Assembly: GCF_006345805.1 (NCBI RefSeq)
Contig: NC_043002.1
Location: 73,160,001-73,224,000, forward strand
Length of the DNA stretch: 64,000 nucleotides
Direction: 5' to 3'
From: Octopus sinensis
Taxonomy: Eukaryota
The first letter of the stretch is position 1; the number at the start of each line of letters is the position of its first letter. A program made the translations under genes and the position numbers. Shown piece by piece: positions 60,925 through 64,000 of this stretch. The notes beneath the pieces are model-generated. The model did not search any database, was not told the origin of the DNA, and was given only the letters and a program-made list of their open reading frames with translations.

Positions 60925-62574
60925 CGAAAAGCACTTCAATCAGGTTTTTCTAATCGTCAGTAATAATCTGTTTAGTTTGGCAATTCAATGTTTTTTGAAG
61001 AGTAATAATGGCTTTCGTTCTTCAAAGAGACACTTGTGTTTCATTTGGGAGTACGTAAGCTAATTTAAGTGTATTTATTTAGCATTTGCTTTAATGAAAT
61101 ATTTCATGAATCATGCTTAAAAATATTGGTTCTTATAATATTATCTTAATAGTCTTTGTTATACATTTGACTATATTATGTGCAAGTATATATTCTTTAG
61201 GACTAGGAAACCCCAAAATGGAAGAAATTCAAAAGATAGTGCTCATGGGAACTGCCCATATCCTACGTAAAATACTGTCTATGTAAGTTCAAATTTTAAA
61301 ACAAACTTATAATTTTCTTATGTTTTCTTAAACATTCTCAAGAACAATATTATGTGCAAAACCAAATATATGACACCCTGGGCATAACACCAACTTGAAC
61401 TTCTAACTTGTCTCTTGAGGTCTCTGGGTGAGACTTGGAGTCAACTTGTACAAATACAAAGTAAAAATCAAACATATAATAATAATATTCTATACGAAAA
61501 CTGCAAACCTGTGAGTATTAAAGGCGGTCCAATAAAGCTAAAACATGCCGTTTACTTTAATTAAATAGCTTTAAAGGTAAGATTCATTCCCATCTGCATC
61601 GTTTTTATTTTCCAAATGTTTCCATATGCTCATCATATTGGAGTTATTGACTAAAACACTGTCACTGAACTAGCGTAATATGTGCCTGACAATCCACTGA
61701 CATCATTTAGAGCACGGCTCAATGTGTTTTTACATACTAAGTCTCAGAAACAAGAATCCTGCGATGAACGTCTTTCACGTTCTGGTGAACCGGAGCGTGT
61801 TAAATATAAAGTAAATATCGCTATTTTGATCGTCGCGTCTTCGCGTGCTTATTAAAAGATAATTATAGCTTGGCAAAGCTTCGGCACACATCAGCAAATA
61901 TAATTTTTTCTTGTTTATATATCGGAACAGATATTCCGAGTGGGCTATGAATGACTGAAACAGTATCTGTCACTAAGGAAGAGTAGTCACGCCAAAACAT
62001 GTTTCTAGCAATTTACTGACGACATTCGGAAGCCGATTTCATGTGTCTTTAAACGTGAACCCTATAAGGAGAAAATTTCCTTTCAGAGGCCCGCAGCGAA
62101 CGTCCTCCCCTTTATAGTGTTCTGTAGTATGTTAAATATATATGTACATATCGTTATTTTGATCGTCATAACTTCTTTGAGAATTTTTTGTTTATCAATT
62201 ACATGGATAATATCACGTGATCGAATTTTTCAACTTAATGCATTACATATGTGAGACCCATAATTCTCTCACTTTTAAAGATAGTAGAGCGAGTTTTCAG
62301 GGAGATTTTTCCGCTGCTAGTAAGTCGAGCGATCTCTATGCCGGAAGCGTACAGTCTCCTTGATCTAACTTTTCTATCCTTACTAGGATGGCCTCTTCTC
62401 ATTGGAACGAACAGATTTCGTGCTACCTTCACCTATGCCTACTCGACTCACTCGTCTCTCCTCTTCAAGTTTGTTTGATTTGTCATCCATACAGTTTCGA
62501 AACAGCTGTAAACTGCTAAATAAATGTGACACCAACAACTCCAATCTTCATTTGTGTGCGAGTGTGTGCATGTA

Positions 62575-63228
62575 CATATATATGTACACACACATATATA
62601 CACACATACATACATACATACATACATACATACATACATACATACATACATACATACATGCATGCATGCATGCATGCATACATACATACATACATACATA
62701 CATACATACATACATACATACATACATGCATACATACATACGTACATACATACATACATACATACATACGTACGTACGTACATACATACACACATACATA
62801 CATACATATATACATACATACATACATACATACATGCATACATACATACATACACACATACATACATACATACATACACACATACATACATACATACATA
62901 CATACATACATACATACATACATACATACGTACGTACGTACATACATACACACATACATACATACATACATACATACATACATACATACATACATACATA
63001 CATACATGCATACATACATACGTACATACATACGTACATACATACATACATACATACATACGTACATACATACGTACATACATACATACATACACATACA
63101 TACACACATACATACATACTACATACATACATACATACATACATACATACATACATACATACATACATACATACATACATACATACAAATATGTGTGTAT
63201 GTATATATATATATATGCATGTATGTAA
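62575..63228. repeat. Long (TACA)n array
   Basis: Direct inspection. Confidence 0.97.
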
Positions 63229-63764
63229 TGTTCGCTTCCCCGTGAGAGATTTCTGTTGACATTATTATGAAAGGCGTCAATGTATTTAAACGTACTTCAC
63301 TTTCCCTCTCCCCTGATAAACTTGGAATGAGGGGTAACATTGGGGCCAATGTCGACAGATTTTATGAGATATTTTTTCAATGTCTAGTGACAGAGAGAGA
63401 GACTATTAATCTCCAGTATATTAAAAAGTGTGACAGTGTCTGTCTACATACTCACACGCATGCGCACAACATACTTACACCCTTACGCACACACACACGA
63501 GCACATACAATACATATGCACGCATATTTGTACACACGCACACACGCACACACACCACACACACACACATTCATACATGTGTGTATATGTGCGTTCGTGA
63601 GTGCGTGCGTGCGTGTATGAATGATGTGTGGCTATGGCTATGTACTTTTACGTTAAAACTTTGAAACACCGCCGACACACATGCAATATGCACACAAGCA
63701 CATACTTGAATATATATATATATATATGCATGCACATGTTTGTTTGTGTGCGTGCGCGTGTATT

Positions 63765-63805
<41 letters not shown>

Positions 63806-63937
63806 TGTGTGTGTGTGTGTGCGCGTGTGATAAATAAAAAGAAAAAAAGAGAAACAAAAAGATAGTGAGAGTGCAGCAACAGACACAGACAGATATACCA
63901 ACACAGAGAGAGACAGACAGACAAACACACACACAAA

Positions 63938-63985
<48 letters not shown>

Positions 63986-64000
63986 ACACACACACACACA

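Larger units (their letters stand above)
59556..61486 (+). mobile_element. 5'-truncated R4/Dong-like RLE LINE family 1, interrupted about 60372-61197
   Basis: LKSETEGFIIAARDQ; C..ETIDHVVSMC; RHD; LWNFTVQTDRKINANRP; LLIDMTVP; K..Y; resumes NPKMEEIQKIVLMGTAHILRKILSM*; ends in (TAA)n. Confidence 0.9.

Noticed and set aside
60372-61197. Intron in the R4/Dong ORF
   Set aside because: No GT at the 5' junction, about 45 nt of ORF missing, and the insert has a retroposon-like triplet tail
62402-63259. Long ORFs such as YIHT/YVCM repeats here and throughout the ORF track
   Set aside because: Translations of stop-free (TACA)n, (TG)n, (TA)n and triplet arrays

Overview
Eukaryotic, AT-rich, extremely microsatellite- and retroposon-dense DNA with one 100-N scaffold gap (34534-34633). 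The repeat landscape resembles that of an octopus/cephalopod genome; this is my inference from the repeat types, not a database result. No complete host gene is visible. Almost all ORFs in the supplied track are translations of simple repeats, and there are only a few candidate exons. Recognisable protein-coding relics are all transposon-derived: a rearranged Ty3/Gypsy pol (protease on -, integrase on +), a decayed DD34E Tc1 transposase, a 5'-truncated Tx1/L1-clade LINE, an RTE LINE 3' end, three R4/Dong-like RLE LINE families, a hAT C-terminus and a Helitron helicase C-terminus. Several tRNA-derived SINE families (my labels A-F), non-autonomous Helitrons and hAT/mariner/MULE-like MITEs fill most of the rest. 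The best finding is a canonical minimal type I hammerhead ribozyme (41934-41978) inside a highly structured 353-bp unit with 98-bp direct repeats (retrozyme-like). At least three other hammerhead-like repeat families are also present. SINE A shares its 3' tail with the Tx1 LINE and integrates as defined multimers. Coordinates and alignments were derived by eye and may be off by a few bases.
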